Origin: the human T2T-CHM13v2.0 reference genome, Homo sapiens
Strand: one strand, 5' to 3'
Assembly: GCF_009914755.1 (NCBI RefSeq)
Contig: NC_060927.1
DNA: 64,000 bases
Within the stretch, counting starts at the first letter, position 1. Each line of letters begins with the position of its first letter. The notes beneath the pieces were generated by a model. It searched no databases. It had not been told where the DNA came from and saw only the letters and a list, made by a program, of their open reading frames with translations. This document shows positions 1 through 11,911 of this stretch, in pieces. Position numbers and translations under genes: made by a program.

Positions 1-1393
1 CTCAGAAAGAACAGGAGGGATGGGTAATGTAGAAATATGGATCAATATTCTAGCTCTGAACAATTATCCTGCAAACCCTGCCAGGTGATGGAATAAATAG
101 GGTGCCCATTACCAGGAGGTTTCCTTTTTGGGAAAGTAAGACCAAGTGAACTAACCAAAGCCAAGCATCACGTATCCAAATCCTGGCAAGCATAACTATA
201 GCTACCAGTTATCTGGGTGTGTCACAAGACATCCTTTTCTCTCTCTTGTTGGAGGAGAACTGGGTTCCACAGCTTCACTTTAGCATTTGTCTTATGATAA
301 GGAGGCCATGCAATGCCCCATCCGAGATACATTTTTGTCCCAGACTGAATTCCAAGCTTCACATCAAAGCCTTAGGAAGGAAAATCGGATCTTAGGGATC
401 CAGAGGCAAATGACAACAGAAGTTAAAAGGCACAGCACAGGTGAGCGTGACTGATTCCTGCTGATTAAGCCAACCCCAAACTTCCTGTTTCATGGATAAA
501 GGCCACGTTAATATCCATGGCATAAATGAGGTCTACGGAACTCCAAGGCTACTGACAGCAGGGGAGATAGGGCATACGTGGGTAAGAGCGGATGATTCCC
601 ACCCCTAGGCCCCCCTGCTTCATGGGTGCAAGTTGCTTTAACACCCATGGTGGCACCTACCAAGGTCACTGGAACTTGGGGATGCAAGGATAGAAGATGG
701 AAAGAGGATGCTCTTCCCTCTCTACCTCACATACCTAAGGTATCTGCTGGAAGAAAAGGGAACCAGGTATGCCTGCTCCCCTCTTTCTAGATGGGTAGCC
801 ATTCATCTTCAGTCTGTATCCCTTTCAAATGCATCCTGAACCTCTGGGACTCCTTTAAAAGGCACCTTCTTTTTGCCTTTCTTCTCCTCTGTTCTCTCTT
901 CACTAATAGGTAATTGTGTCTCCATACTACAAGGCACTCTCCTCAGATGCATCCTCCAAACTAGAAAGAGTTAGTTTCCCAAACCTTAAACTGGTTAGCT
1001 TAGGATTGGGCTCAGGGGAAGGGGACCCAGAAGCCCAACGTGCCAGCAAAAGGGTAAAGTTTTTTTTGCCAGTCAGGCTTTTGGCCTCCCTCTACGTGTG
1101 CAAACTGGCAAAAGGCCTCAGGATCTTTGAGCTGTCCTTACCCTCCCTTCATTTCGTTTTGATACATAGTTTCTAATAACCTGGTTTGTCTGTTCTTGCC
1201 TTCAGGCCATTAAACTCTAAACAATCATGCAAACAGAGCCTCTGACAATGGCCCTTTCTGCTGTGAACCCTTAGATGGGCCTCTGCTGTTTCCCCAAAAC
1301 AGCGCCCCCTCTCAGCAGGAAGCAGTTAAGGTCAGTCTTCATCCTTATCCTTAATCTAAACGGCAGCTGGATGTACCTCTTTAGAGGGAGGAA
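1..1393 (+). mobile_element. ERV1 internal sequence, 3' end (MER61-int/HUERS-P3-like), degenerate
   Basis: Env C-terminus-like remnant QAIKL*TIMQTEP at 1203 onward; polypurine tract AGAGGGAGGAA (1383-1393) directly abuts an LTR beginning TG. Confidence 0.75.
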
Positions 1394-1719
1394 TGAGACA
1401 GCTAGGTGGGAGGGGGTCCCCGAAAAACCTCCAGTCAGCCTGTGCACTAGAGTAGAGCCTCAGAAAGTTCACCATGTTTGCACTGGGGAGGAGCCTGGTC
1501 CCTCCTTTTCCTGTGTGGAACCTGGAATTCAAGCTGTGGGCAGGAAGTGCTCTATCAGGGACTCTAGCCTTGCAGAGGCTCCCGGTTCCCCCTTTGTCTT
1601 CTTTTTCACCCAATAAAACCTTGCTCACCCTCTCCAACAGTCTGCGAGCCTAAATTTTCTTGGCCATGGGACAGACAAGGACCCTCTCTTTAGCTGAACT
1701 AAGGAAAAGTCCTGCAACA
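1394..1719 (+). mobile_element. ERV1 3' LTR, MER61 family
   Basis: TGAGACAGCTAGGTGGGAGGGGGTCCC...TAGCTGAACTAAGGAAAAGTCCTGCAACA, TG...CA termini, AATAAA at 1612-1617, preceded by PPT. Confidence 0.85.
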
Positions 1720-2462
1720 CCTCCAACAACTAACAATTGTTTCCAGTGCACCTCCATTCTCCAGGAGGGAGAAGGCCAAAGCAGATAAGTGGAGAATGCA
1801 CACGTTAGCCCATTTTCAATAGTTTAATACTTTAAAAAATAGTAGTGTTGCTGACTTTCAAGCTTTAGCATCTACACGTGCTAGATTCACTTATTGACTC
1901 ATTAAACTATTCTTTTACCAATGAGCTTACCATATGCCAAAAACTATGCTATACTGGGAACCCAAAGGCACACAGAAAAACTAGAAGACTATTTCTGCAC
2001 CAGTCAAGAAGCACACAAATGGACACTCATGAAGAAACTATAGACCCAAAGAAAACCATTGACAATATAGGACAAATGGCATATCAAGTCCTGAGGAAAG
2101 AGATTAGTAAGGAGGTTAATATTTTAAAAAAATAGAAAAGGGAGAAATAATGAATCACTGGAAATGGTCCCATCAACCTGCAGTTCTTCACTATTTTTCA
2201 ACTTAAAATTGGATACATTTATAGTCACTTGACCTCTCTAGGTCCCAATCTCCCCATGTTCAAAGTACATATCCTATTGCTAGCTCTCTCTACTTTGCTA
2301 AGTCTATTGTGAAAATATCACAATATAAAATACTTTGAAGCCTTTTAGGGAAGCTTAAGGTCTTCTACAAATAAAATAACAAGAAGTACCACTTGGCTGA
2401 AAAATGAAAGAGGTAGGACACCAATGGTAGTAAATCACTTGTATCACTTTGTTCAGAAATTA

Positions 2463-3020
2463 TTTCATTTTTTTCATTTTATTGAATATAGACAAATTAT
2501 AGTTGTATATCTTTATGAAGTACAAAGTGATACTATGATATATGTATACAGTCTGGAATGATTAAATCAAGCTAATTAACATAGCCATCACCTCAAATAC
2601 CTACCATTGATTCTCCTAACTGAATCATTGTACCCTTTGACCAATATCTCCCCATTTCCCCTACTCCCAGCCTCTGGGAACCACCATTCTACTCTCTGCT
2701 TCTATGAGTTTGATTGTTTTAGATTCCACTTGTAAGTGAGAACATATGGTATTTGTTTTTCTTTGCTAGCTTAGCTGACTTAGCATAATGTCTGCTTGGT
2801 CCACCCATGTGGTCAAAAATGGCAAAATTCCCTCATTTTTAAGGCTGAAGAATATTTCATTGTGTGTGTGTGTGTATATATATATATCACATTTTCTTTA
2901 TCCATTTCATCTCACACCTATTAAAATGGCAATAATAAAAAGATGAAAGACAAGTCTTGGCAAGGATATGGAGAAAGGGGAACCCTTGTTCACTACTGAT
3001 GGGAATGTAAATTTGTACAG
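2463..3020 (-). mobile_element. L1MA-type 3' end with an inverted 5' segment (2908-3020 on +)
   Basis: T-rich tail then L1 3'UTR on minus to 2906; L1 ORF2-end sequence CATCTCACACC...TGTAAATTTGTACAG in the opposite orientation at 2908-3020. Confidence 0.8.
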
Positions 3021-3281
3021 AGCTGGTTCAAGGGAAATCCAAGAACATGGCTGTGAGGCAAGGACCAGATGAGGGTATTAAGGGACTATCATTACAGTGG
3101 AAAAATTAACCCTATCTTTTTTGAGAGAAGCCAGTTACAATGCTTGATGCTATCCCTGACACACTCTCTCTAGCAACAAGTTCCTTTTCTTTCGGCCCTT
3201 AAGTAAGGCTATAAGAAGAACAGAACAAAACAGCAAGGAGATGAATACCAAAGCACTGGCCACACTTTTCCCCTGTGGGCC

Positions 3282-3899
3282 TGTCTTATTCCATTCATGC
3301 TGCTATAAAAAATACCACAAACTGTGTATTTTATAAATAATAGAAATTTAATTCTCACAGCTCTGGAGGCTGGGAAGTCCAAGGTCAAGGTGCCAGTAGA
3401 TTAAGTGTCTGGTGAAGTCTTGCTCTCTGCTTCCAAGACAGTACATTGTTTCTGTATCCTCACGTGGACGAAGGCAGAAGGGTAAACAGGCATAAAGGGC
3501 CTAGCTAGTTCCCCCAAGCCCTTTTAAAAGGGCACCAATCCCATTCATGACGGCTCTGTCCTCATGACCTAATCACCTCAAAGGCCCCACCTCCTAATAT
3601 TATCACACTGGGTTGTTTTTTGTTGTTGTTGTTTTGACAAGGTCTCCCCCTGTTGCCCAGGCTGATGTGTAGTGGCACAATGTCAGCTCACTGCAGCCTC
3701 AACTTCCCCAGACTCAAGTGATTTTCCTGTCTCAGCCTCCTAAGTAGCTGGAACTACAGGAGTGCGCCACCAGCTAATTTTTGCATTTTTTTTTTTGTAG
3801 AAACAGTTTCGCCATGTTGCCCAGGCTCACACTGGGTCTTATGTTCCAACATACGAATTTGTCTGGGGGATGGGTGACACATACATTCAAACCATAGCA
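3282..3899 (-). mobile_element. MLT1A-type MaLR solo LTR, interrupted by an Alu
   Basis: TGTCTTATTCCATTCATGCTGCTATAA...CAAACCATAGCA; 5-bp TSD GGGCC at 3277-3281 and 3900-3904. Confidence 0.85.
3614..3826 (-). mobile_element. AluJ, 5'-truncated
   Basis: Alu right arm plus part of left arm; TSD TCACACTGGGT at 3603-3613 and 3827-3837. Confidence 0.9.
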
Positions 3900-4973
3900 G
3901 GGCCTTCAATAGGTCATTAGAGAGAGAGCCAAGGAACACCAGTGTGGCTTTTTGCATTGAACAACGATAAGTTAATGGAAGTTTAACATAGCCCACAGTC
4001 TGTAGTCAGAGGTCAGAGGAGTAAGGCCTTACATGCTACAGATGCCCACAAAGGAGATAAGAGGAAGCCAGAAGAAATAGAAATTTGTTTGTCAGTGGAT
4101 AAAGAACAAGGCCAAGGTTTTCTTAAATAGTGATTGATGAGGCCCTGGTTTACTGTAACAGTGTACTTGTGATTTTTTAATTTTGTAAAAATTGTCCCAG
4201 TGTGTAATTCTCTGTTTATACCTGAGTGTGGGGAAATGAATTTTAAGGAAAAAGCCCTATATTTCCTGATAAATCACTTTTATAACTAATTGGTTATTTA
4301 ATGATTCATCTGTGTAAAAAAGAGGGACTAATGGTTTTAAAATAAAATTTCATCAACAGTTGTCTCTTTCATAAGGTTTGAAAACAAAGAAAATGGAGAT
4401 GATGATGCAGGTGTGGCTCTTTAACAGAACCCACAGGGGAGCACACAGGCTCTGGGGAGAGCAAACAAGGCAAGGGCTCAGAAGACTAGGTTCTAATCCC
4501 AATGCCCCTTTCTCCCGGATATTTAATCATAGTCAAATTACTTAATGACCCCAAAGTACAGTGATTTCCTTAATATTTTACAAAAGAATAAAAGCACTAT
4601 GGACTTTTCTTCAAACAGACATATCACCCCTGGCCTCAGGAGTTTAATATTCAGTGACTCTTTGGCAGGTCGTGAACTGCCCATCAGTCCCAGTGGTTGT
4701 TATGAATGTCCTCTGCTCATCCATCCAGATCCCCTCCCCATCTTTCTTCATCCTGACTCTTCCTGGGAGGGTGATCAATATAGACCTGCCAATAGGCTCC
4801 TGCACCCTCTAGCTTCTAATTGCATTCTGTCCACGGGAAGCCCTGGTGAGAGTTACATCATTCCAGGATTGGGAGCAACCTGTAAGAGGCCCCGGACAGC
4901 TGTGTCCATCCTCTGAAAATGAAGGCTGTTCTCAGGTGACCTGCTCTACCCAGATCTTTTTCCTTCCAGGTTC

Positions 4974-5270
4974 TTTTTTTTTTTTTTTTGAGATGGAGTC
5001 TCACTCTGTCACCCAGGCTGGGGTGCAGTGGCACAATCTCAGCTGACTGCAGCCTCTGCCTCCCAAGCTCAAGTGATCCCCTGCCTCAGCCTGCTGAGTA
5101 GCTGGGACTACAGGCGTGCCCCACCACACTCAGCTAATTTTTGTCCTTTTAGTAGAGATGGGGTTTTGCCATGTTGGCCAGGCTGATCTTGAATGCCTGG
5201 CCTCAAATGATCTGTCTGCTTCGGCCTCCCAAAATTCTGGGATTACAGGCATGAGCCACAGTACTTGGCC
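4974..5270 (-). mobile_element. Full-length Alu (AluJb/Sz-like)
   Basis: Poly-T, both arms; TSD TCCTTCCAGG at 4961-4970 and 5271-5280. Confidence 0.93.
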
Positions 5271-5325
5271 TCCTTCCAGGCTCTGATAAATGTTTCTTCC
5301 CCTCATCTCTTAAAGCCTAGGGGAG

Positions 5326-5671
5326 GTTATGGACTGAATGTTTGTGTCCCTCACAAAATTTATATGTTGAAATCTAATCCCAATGTGATGGCATGAGGAA
5401 GTAGGGCCTTTGAGAGGTGATTAGGACATGAGGGTGGAACCCTTGTGAATGGGATTAGTGCCCTTATAAGGAGCTGAAAAGACCAGAATTCTACCCCTTC
5501 ACCATGTGAGGACACAGCAAGAAGGCATCCTCTATTAACCAGAAAATGGGCACTCATTAGACACCGGATCTGGACTTCACAGCCTCCAGCATTGTGAGAC
5601 AGACATTTCTGTTGTTTATGAGCCACCTGGTTTAAGGTGTCTTGTTTTAGCAGCCCAAATGGACAAACACA
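5326..5671 (+). mobile_element. MLT1A-type MaLR solo LTR
   Basis: GTTATGGACTGAATGTTTGTGTCCC...GCAGCCCAAATGGACAAACACA; TSD GGGAG at 5321-5325 and 5672-5676. Confidence 0.88.
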
Positions 5672-6525
5672 GGGAGGTAAGAGCCCCTACCAGCCCCTGT
5701 CCACCAGAAAGATGGGGATCTGAACAGAAGCCAGAGGTGTAACTGGAATGGACTCAGGTGTTTTCCTCACAGAGCAGATAACTAAAGCTAGAATTCTTGA
5801 TAAGAAAAATGGGATAAAGAAATAACAGTTGCAAAGGTAAGAAGCAGAGACAGAGTTATAGTCCAGAGGCCAAAAGGATAATTTTAAGAAGAAGGAGTAG
5901 GTCTGAAAGTGATGACTGAGACTAGCCCTTGGCTGTGGTGATTAAGATCTTTGGTGACAATAGAAAATGTAACAATAGGAGTGGTCTGTTGTGGTGATAG
6001 AATCTGCAGACCGGTGGAAGTCCATGGGCCCATTTACCATGCCACAGGCAAAGAGTATATTAAACTCCCACGAAGAGAAGTGCCTCTGGATTCATTTTGC
6101 CAACATTCACTGTACTGATATTAGCCATGGACTTGCAGAGGGTTTATTTACTATTGCAGCCTGGCTCTCTGCTGTGTCTGAAAGTTGACCTTGGTGTCCT
6201 CTAAGTTTTATCCCAGAGAAAAAGACAGCAATTGAGCTATTCCCCAGGCACAGGGGGCAAAATTTGAAATTGACATAAAACCAAGATTCCCTGTCTGACT
6301 TGGGCCTCTGGGATTGTATTGCTGCATCCTGTGGTGGCAAAAAGAGTATCCTGGGCAGTAAGTGATTTCAATTCCACTTAAAGCAACAAGTATTTGCTGA
6401 AAACCAACCATATTCTTAGTAAGAAGATGGGTGCTGTAGGAGACAGAGAATTAAATGAAATCATTCCTTCCCTCCAGGAGCAAACAGCTTCATGCTAGAA
6501 ATAAAGCTAACTCAAATGCAACAAA

Positions 6526-6531
<6 letters not shown>

Positions 6532-6558
<27 letters not shown>

Positions 6559-6565
6559 GAGAGAG
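6532..6565. repeat. (CA)n(GA)n microsatellite
   Basis: Seen directly. Confidence 0.95.
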
Positions 6566-6757
6566 CACTTTTCAAGATTAGTAACAAAGAGATTATCTAC
6601 AGAGATAAAGACAGAAGAATCCAATGTCTGCATGTTTTGTTATTCATGTGTATAAGTTTTCTAACTTTCCTACATTCAGTGTGAATTAGTATTGAAATCA
6701 GAATAAAAAAGCAATATTTTTTTAAAAGCCTAATTTTTAGAAATTGATAGTAAAAAA

Positions 6758-6872
6758 TGAGACAGCCCTGGGCTGAAGTCCCAGGCGTCCTTCTTCCTAA
6801 CAACTTGAACTTAGCCAAGTTGCTTAACTACTTGGTGCCTAAATGTTCTCATTTATAAAACTGGGAAGATGG
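6758..6872 (+). mobile_element. MIR fragment
   Basis: CCAAGTTGCTTAAC...TTCTCATTTATAAAACTGGG resembles the MIR core. Confidence 0.6.
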
Positions 6873-7035
6873 CATGGAGAGGCAATGGGCATTTTCTGGC
6901 AAGAAACTAAGAAAAAAGGCCATAACCAATAAGTAACTTATGGAAATGAAAAAATCTTTTAAGTTTTATAATCTTGCTTTAGTTGATATCTTAAAACAAA
7001 ATTTTGAAAGTTATTAAGTCACTCATAAGGATTTC

Positions 7036-7262
7036 AGGAAGCACTGCAGTGTAATATGCTTAAGAATGGAGATGGTTCAAATGCTAGCTCGGCTACTTAG
7101 CAATACCTGTCCTCAAATAAGTTATTTCACCCTACCTGAGTCTGTTACTTCATCTCTAAAATGGAGATAATCCTAAAACGTACCTCACAGGAACCTTGTG
7201 AAGATAATGCATGTAAAATGCTATCACAGTCCTTGGCATGGAATAAGTGTCTAATTAACTTT
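7036..7262 (+). mobile_element. MIR
   Basis: GGTTCAAATGCTAGCTC...CATCTCTAAAATGGAGATAAT...ATGTAAAATGCT...GGCATGGAATAAGTG. Confidence 0.75.
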
Positions 7263-7339
7263 TATATATAATTATAATTATCATCTAAAAAGTTTAGTGG
7301 TGTTTCAGACAAATCTAAGAGAAGATAAGCATGAATAGG

Positions 7340-7443
7340 TATATGTCTTTTTCATCTTTGTATTTCACCAGTGCTTTGCACAGGGCCTGTCACAAAGTAG
7401 GGATCTGAGAAATACTTGTGAATGAAGAATGAATGAATGAATG
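7340..7443 (+). mobile_element. L2 3' end
   Basis: GCACAGGGCCTGTCACAAAGTAGG...ATACTTGTGAATGAAGAATGAATGAATG tail. Confidence 0.7.
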
Positions 7444-7954
7444 GGCTGATTTTCCTATTTGATCAAAAGCCACATCCATATATGACTAAATCTGAGTATA
7501 TAAAAGAAGATAAAACTTGTGTTTCAATTCAATCTAGTGAGTTAAATTAAAAGAAGAAAGGGAGGAAGGCAAATTAAAAGAAGAAAGGGAGGAAAAGAAG
7601 CAGGAAAGAGGGAAATAAGACAAAAAGAAAAAAAAAAAAAACAAAACAGAAGTTGGCCAGGAGAAAGGGTGTCTCCATCCTTAAATATTTTACTCCTTAT
7701 TGTGTGATATATTATTTTGTCAGCTTCTTCTAGCTACAATTCCCAAGGAAGGGATAGAGAGCAGCAGCTTCCAAGTAATGACCCATGTGGGTATAAAGAG
7801 AAATTTTTATCATATTAGAAAAAATATATTTATATACATGCTACCAACTTTACCTAGAAGAGAAGAGCAAGGGATTGGAAAACAAATTAGCATAAAATCC
7901 CTGCTCCAGCTTTTTACACATACAGATGTTTTCCTGCATATTTATCCATCCTTC

Positions 7955-8240
7955 TGAGCACTGCTCAAATGTTACATCCTCAGAGAAGCTCTCCTGGACC
8001 CCTCATCCTGGGCTGGATACTCTGTCACATGCTCTAATAGTGTCTGATACCCTTCCACTAGAACAGGGATCACTGTTGTAATTAGGTAATTATTTGGGTA
8101 ATTAATTGTTTAACATCTGTGTCCAGTGTCAGTATGCAAGCAAGCTCCATGAAGGCAGTGTTCCTGTCTGCCTGTTCACCCCAAAATCACCAACACTTGC
8201 ATATGCCTTGCATGAAACAGGTAAGTGAACATAAATGTGT
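7955..8240 (+). mobile_element. L2 fragment
   Basis: CTCAAATGTTACATCCTCAGAGAAG...AAGCTCCATGAAGGCAG. Confidence 0.65.
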
Positions 8241-8242
8241 AT

Positions 8243-9058
8243 AAGGTTGGCATCCATTCTTTGTGCATTCTGTGTTTGTGAATTTGCCCACTCAATAAAA
8301 TGCATTTGTAACCTCAACATCGATACTTGCCACATTTCTGTGGTCATTTTTGGGCATCACAGAGAAGTGAAAAATTTGTCACCCAACATGTACATTCCCC
8401 AAGTGAAGCAGAACAAAGCAAAGCTCCACCTTCTTGCTCCATCTCTCATACTGTAAACAAGGGTCTTTTTCTGATCTATTAAATGCCAGGTTGTTGGGGT
8501 GGGTTTTCTTTTGCATTTTTGTACATAATGGCCCCAAAAGAACAGTGCTGAAGTGCTGTCTCTTGTTCCTGAGTACAAGAAGAATATGATGTGCCTTACA
8601 GAGGAAACATGAGTGATAGAAGCTTCATTCAGGCTCAGGTTAAACAGCTCAGGCTGTGTCCCATGACTTCAGTGTTAATGAATTAGCTATATGTTAAATA
8701 AGGCATCTTTAAATAAAAGTAAACATTTAAAAAGTTTACATATTAATCAATTAACAAAAATGTTGTGAAGAAACAGCCAGTAGCACGTGCCTGTAGTTCT
8801 GGTTTCTCGGGAAGCTAAGGTGGGAGGATTACTTGAGCCCAGGAGTTCGAACTGCAGTGCACTATGATTGCACCACTGCACTCCAGCCTGGGCAACAGAG
8901 TGAGACCCTATCTCTTAAAAACAAAAAAAATATTGTAATCAGAGGCTCTCAGGAACTCAACCCTGGATTTCCCCTAGGGGCAATGGTTCATTATTTGCTA
9001 ATTCAGCGTTTGTGGAGACTTTATACAACAATTTCCTATGAAAAATCAGGATCAACTA
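8243..9058. mobile_element. MER82 (Tigger-type DNA transposon) interrupted by an Alu monomer
   Basis: Recognisable blocks ATGGCCCCAA...GTGCTGAAGTGCTGTCT and CCCCTAGGGGCAATGGTTCA...GATCAACT; TA flanks. Confidence 0.8.
8775..8930 (+). mobile_element. Free Alu monomer (FRAM/FAM-like)
   Basis: Single right-arm-like monomer with A tail; degenerate TSD AAAAATGTTGTGA / AAAAATATTGTAA. Confidence 0.8.
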
Positions 9059-9689
9059 TATATATACATAGAATGTATATGTGTATATATATTTTACATA
9101 TTTGTGTGTATACATGCACATGTGTATATATGTATGTTTAGTAGTTTTTAACCATTTTGGTGTTATACACCTGTTGTAAAAATTTAAGGAAGACGTGGAT
9201 ACTAGGGGCTGAGGGTTGCCACAAAGGGAGGTATGTACATATATACAGCCCTGTGCTATGCATCTCCAGGGCAGGAGACAGGGTGTTGGCATTCACAGTA
9301 TAGCCTAAGTGAATATTCCTACTCCATAGAATTGTTCAGTGTGGTGACACTTCATGCAAATAAATACATGTATACACATACACATTTGCATAAGATTCTG
9401 GGCATTTGTGGCCTCCTATCGTGTACCTCAGGTAAAAATCCTGACAGAGAAATAATAGATACACAAATATAAATATATATTATATATGGCACATTCAATT
9501 TTACTTCAAATGTTTTACATAGGCTAAAATTGAAACTAAAATGCTTTGCATTTCAGCCACCACCAACAGGGACTAGACAATTCCAAAATATATGTATCCC
9601 CAGAAGAAAGATAATTTGTTGTGAAACACTGGCTAAAGACATTCCCTAAGGTAAACTAAACACAGGCAGAAAACTGAGAGTTGAAAAAA

Positions 9690-9782
9690 AATATATACAT
9701 ATATAGAGAGAGAGATGAGAGTTGAATATCTATATGTATATATAGATATGTATATATAGAGAGAGAGGTGTGTGTGTGTGTG

Positions 9783-9818
<36 letters not shown>

Positions 9819-9835
9819 CAGAGGAGAGAGAGAGC
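9690..9835. repeat. Compound (TA)n/(TG)n/(GA)n microsatellite
   Basis: Seen directly. Confidence 0.92.
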
Positions 9836-9855
9836 ACAACAAGAATACGAAGGTT

Positions 9856-10338
<483 letters not shown>

Positions 10339-11279
10339 TTAGATCTGTTGGTTGAGGATGAAAATAGAAAGACACCAGAAGGAAAAAAAAAATTCATCCC
10401 TGTAAATGGTCCTGTGGAAATAGTAACTAAAACAATTATACTGTTAATAATTCAATGTTGGTTTAAAACTATACAATTGTGAGTTATTTATACAGACCAG
10501 AGTTGGCATGTGTTGTACCACAGGTGGATGTGAGGTCACCAAGAAACCACTTCACAGTTTTCCCAGAAGTGTAGCGTCAAAAAGGTCACTTGTGGTAAAA
10601 GATCTTTTGGATTAGTCTTTTAAATCAATGCATGAATTAAAGACAATTTACATATAAATAGGCTAATACTCTGGCTTTGAAATTAAATGGATTTTTAAAA
10701 GATTTAAGTAACTGCAGAAAAGGTCAGTTAGGCAGTAAGTGTACATAATGTGATTCTTGAAAACTGCTGTCTTGTTGGTTTATTAATATTTTGTATTCAT
10801 TGTCAGTGTTGTTCTAAAATTGTGTGCATAATTAGCAATGCACCAAAGTCAACGGCAGGTCCCAAAAGTAAGGAAAGCGGAATTTACAAATCAGTGAAGG
10901 AAGGACAAGTCTAGATTTGGACATGAAAATAGTCAAAATTAACCTTTGCCTATATATTAATACACATTAGATTCAAATATGTCACAACATATTCTAAATA
11001 AGCATGGCATCACTCGCTCCAGTTAAATTTACCTTGGCATTTAGCCTCACTGATAAATTTTCAACTCTTCCAAAATACAAAAGCTGCAGTAGTCTCCTGA
11101 GTTATCACAACAGGATCATGATTGTAATTTGAAATCCTGATTCCCCTTTTAGGGAACAGAAACCTGCAGTTTTTCCAACTGTAATGAAAGGATAGAGCGA
11201 AACTTCCATAGGATCAAACCACATTCCATTACCACCACTCCTCTGAACATTAATGTACCTTAAAACATATTGAACCATA

Positions 11280-11611
11280 GGATGAATATATGGAGCAGGG
11301 GCATTTTTAGGAGAGTGAAACTATTCTGTATGATACTACGAGAGATACATGATGTTACATACTTGTCCAAACACACAGGACTATGACAAAAGATTGAGTC
11401 CTAATGTAAACGAGGGATGACTTCAGTTAACAATAGTGTAGCAATATTGGTTAATCAATTATAACAAATGTGTCAATCCAATGCAAGATGTTAACCATAA
11501 TGAATACTGTGGGCAAAGGGAGGGGATTTGTGGGAAGCCTCTGTACTGTACTTTCTGCTCAGTTTTTCAGTAAAACTAAATTTGCTGTAGAAAATCGTCT
11601 GTTTTTTAAAA
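11280..11611 (+). mobile_element. L1MC-type 3' end
   Basis: GTGAAACTATTCTGTATGATACT...CCTAATGTAAAC...TGTACTTTCTGCTCAGTTTT; possible TSD ATATTGAACCA / ATAGTGAACCA. Confidence 0.78.
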
Positions 11612-11654
11612 TAGTGAACCAAATGTAATAATGCACTCAAAGACTCTTTTTAGA

Positions 11655-11911
11655 CAAATGGTTTATAAACTATATTCAGAGGAGCCCTAGTGGTCCTTTG
11701 CTGGCCATTTGGTTTAGGAGTGTTTGGGAAAATAGAGTAGGAGAGAAGAGGGAACAATGAAGAAAAGACTGCTCAAGCTGGCCCCTTATCTTTCACCCCT
11801 GTTTCAAACAAAGCAACAACCTTTTCACCTGTACATATTGTTTCTCCACATTGGAGCCCAGTAAAGAAGGGTTTCTCAGCTAAAGAGAAAAAAAAAACAT
11901 GAAAATCACCA
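11655..11911. mobile_element. MER102-like hAT-Charlie element
   Basis: Degenerate termini CAAATGGTTTATAAAC...TGAAAATCACC; GGAGCCCTAG motif. Confidence 0.5.

Larger units (their letters stand above)
4700..5705. mobile_element. LTR33-like ERVL LTR split by an Alu and an MLT1A
   Basis: Degenerate similarity (CCTGGGAGGGTGA...CCCTCTAGCTTC...CCTAGGGG) that continues across both insertions. Confidence 0.5.

Noticed and set aside
916-1637. ERV-region ORFs as gag/env genes
   Set aside because: Short, no recognisable domain; the env-like remnant has an in-frame stop.
1394-1719. p53 response element in the MER61 LTR
   Set aside because: Some MER61 subfamilies carry one, but I see no paired RRRCWWGYYY half-sites in this copy.
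7544-7594. 24-nt direct repeat AAATTAAAAGAAGAAAGGGAGGAA x2
   Set aside because: Ordinary tandem slippage duplication in a purine-rich low-complexity tract.
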